Source: Octopus bimaculoides (lineage: Eukaryota). Taken from it: DNA of 35,988 nt. The stretch is taken from assembly GCF_001194135.2 (NCBI RefSeq), contig NC_069004.1, forward strand, positions 4,466,546 to 4,502,533. Reading direction: 5' to 3'. Below are positions 35,261 through 35,988 of the stretch, piece by piece. The notes under the pieces were generated by a model. It was not told the DNA's origin and searched no databases. It saw only the letters and a program-made list of their open reading frames with translations. How positions within the stretch are numbered: the first letter of the stretch is position 1; each line of letters opens with the position of its first letter. The position numbers were made by a program, and so were the translations under genes.

Positions 35261-35988
35261 CGCGTTTTCAGGATGAAATCTTCAAATTCCTCCATCATTG
35301 TCACAATTTCATTTTCATTACTATTCCACCATCTCACGGAGACTTGTGTACAGTTAAATTCTTTTCTTGTTTTTGCAGTTTTGATTTTGAATGTGTCCGT
35401 TTTCATCTTTCTTGTTGCTGTTGATGTTGCCGTTGTTGTGAGAGTAGCTGTGGGCCGTAGCTTTGAATTGTGTGGTTGTTGTTGCTTTTGTTAATCTTCG
35501 CAGTGGAGCTCTTTACTCTTCTCCATTATCGCATTCTACCTTTGGGGAATAATGGCCATGTTTAGGCCTGATCGATTTTCTCTAAGACAAGGCTCAAGAA
35601 ATCAATGAAAGATGAAGTGCCGTCGAAAATCGTTGTTGATGGTTTCGGGAGCACGATGTTCGTTAGGGAGGTTGCTCTTCTATGGGAGCAAGGAGCAAAC
35701 GATTCCGCTGATTAGGTTCTAGTGTAGGTGTCCTCAACTTCTCTACAAGATGATAGTGTAGGCCTGGTAGTGATGTCGGCCACATAGGCGTAAGATTTTA
35801 CCAGCCATTCCTCTATCGGAACTTTTATGAACTTCCATATAACCTATGGACTTCTATATAAATGATGCCAAGAGTTTGGTCGAAATTTTCTGATATGCAT
35901 ACACACACACACACACATATATACATACACATATGTATGTGCGCGCGCGTGAGTATATACTTTTATATTTATGAGTATATACATGTGT

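Noticed and set aside
35500-35860. Moderately GC-rich unique-looking segment next to the Penelope-type repeat
   Set aside because: No frame I translated gave a recognisable protein. It may be part of the same element, but I cannot support that.

Overview
This is AT-rich, microsatellite-saturated, non-coding eukaryotic DNA. It contains 17 N-gaps totalling about 6.2 kb (~17%), nearly all opening or closing in simple repeats. The repeat families (tRNA-derived SINEs, mariner/maT remnants) and the density of (TA)n/(CA)n/(GATA)n point to a coleoid cephalopod, probably an Octopus draft assembly; this is inferred, not verified. No intact protein-coding gene, tRNA, rRNA or CRISPR array is supported, and almost all supplied ORFs are translations of microsatellites or gaps. 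Recognisable content: ~9 pieces of a CORE-like SINE (family A), ~11 of a Meta-domain-like SINE (family B), one young SINE (family C), a 5'-truncated R4/Dong-type LINE inside a (TAA)n tract, a non-autonomous Helitron, two mariner deletion derivatives, a decayed DD37D (maT) transposon, and a Penelope-type repeat carrying a hammerhead-ribozyme-like core. The labels A, B and C are mine. The best unexplained signals are: a 363-bp tandem duplication whose divergence is codon-periodic (a fossil coding repeat); the minimal hammerhead-like motif; a 15-bp minisatellite made of self-complementary units; and an isolated CpG-rich, potentially structured 140-bp island. I found no convincing new multi-gene system.
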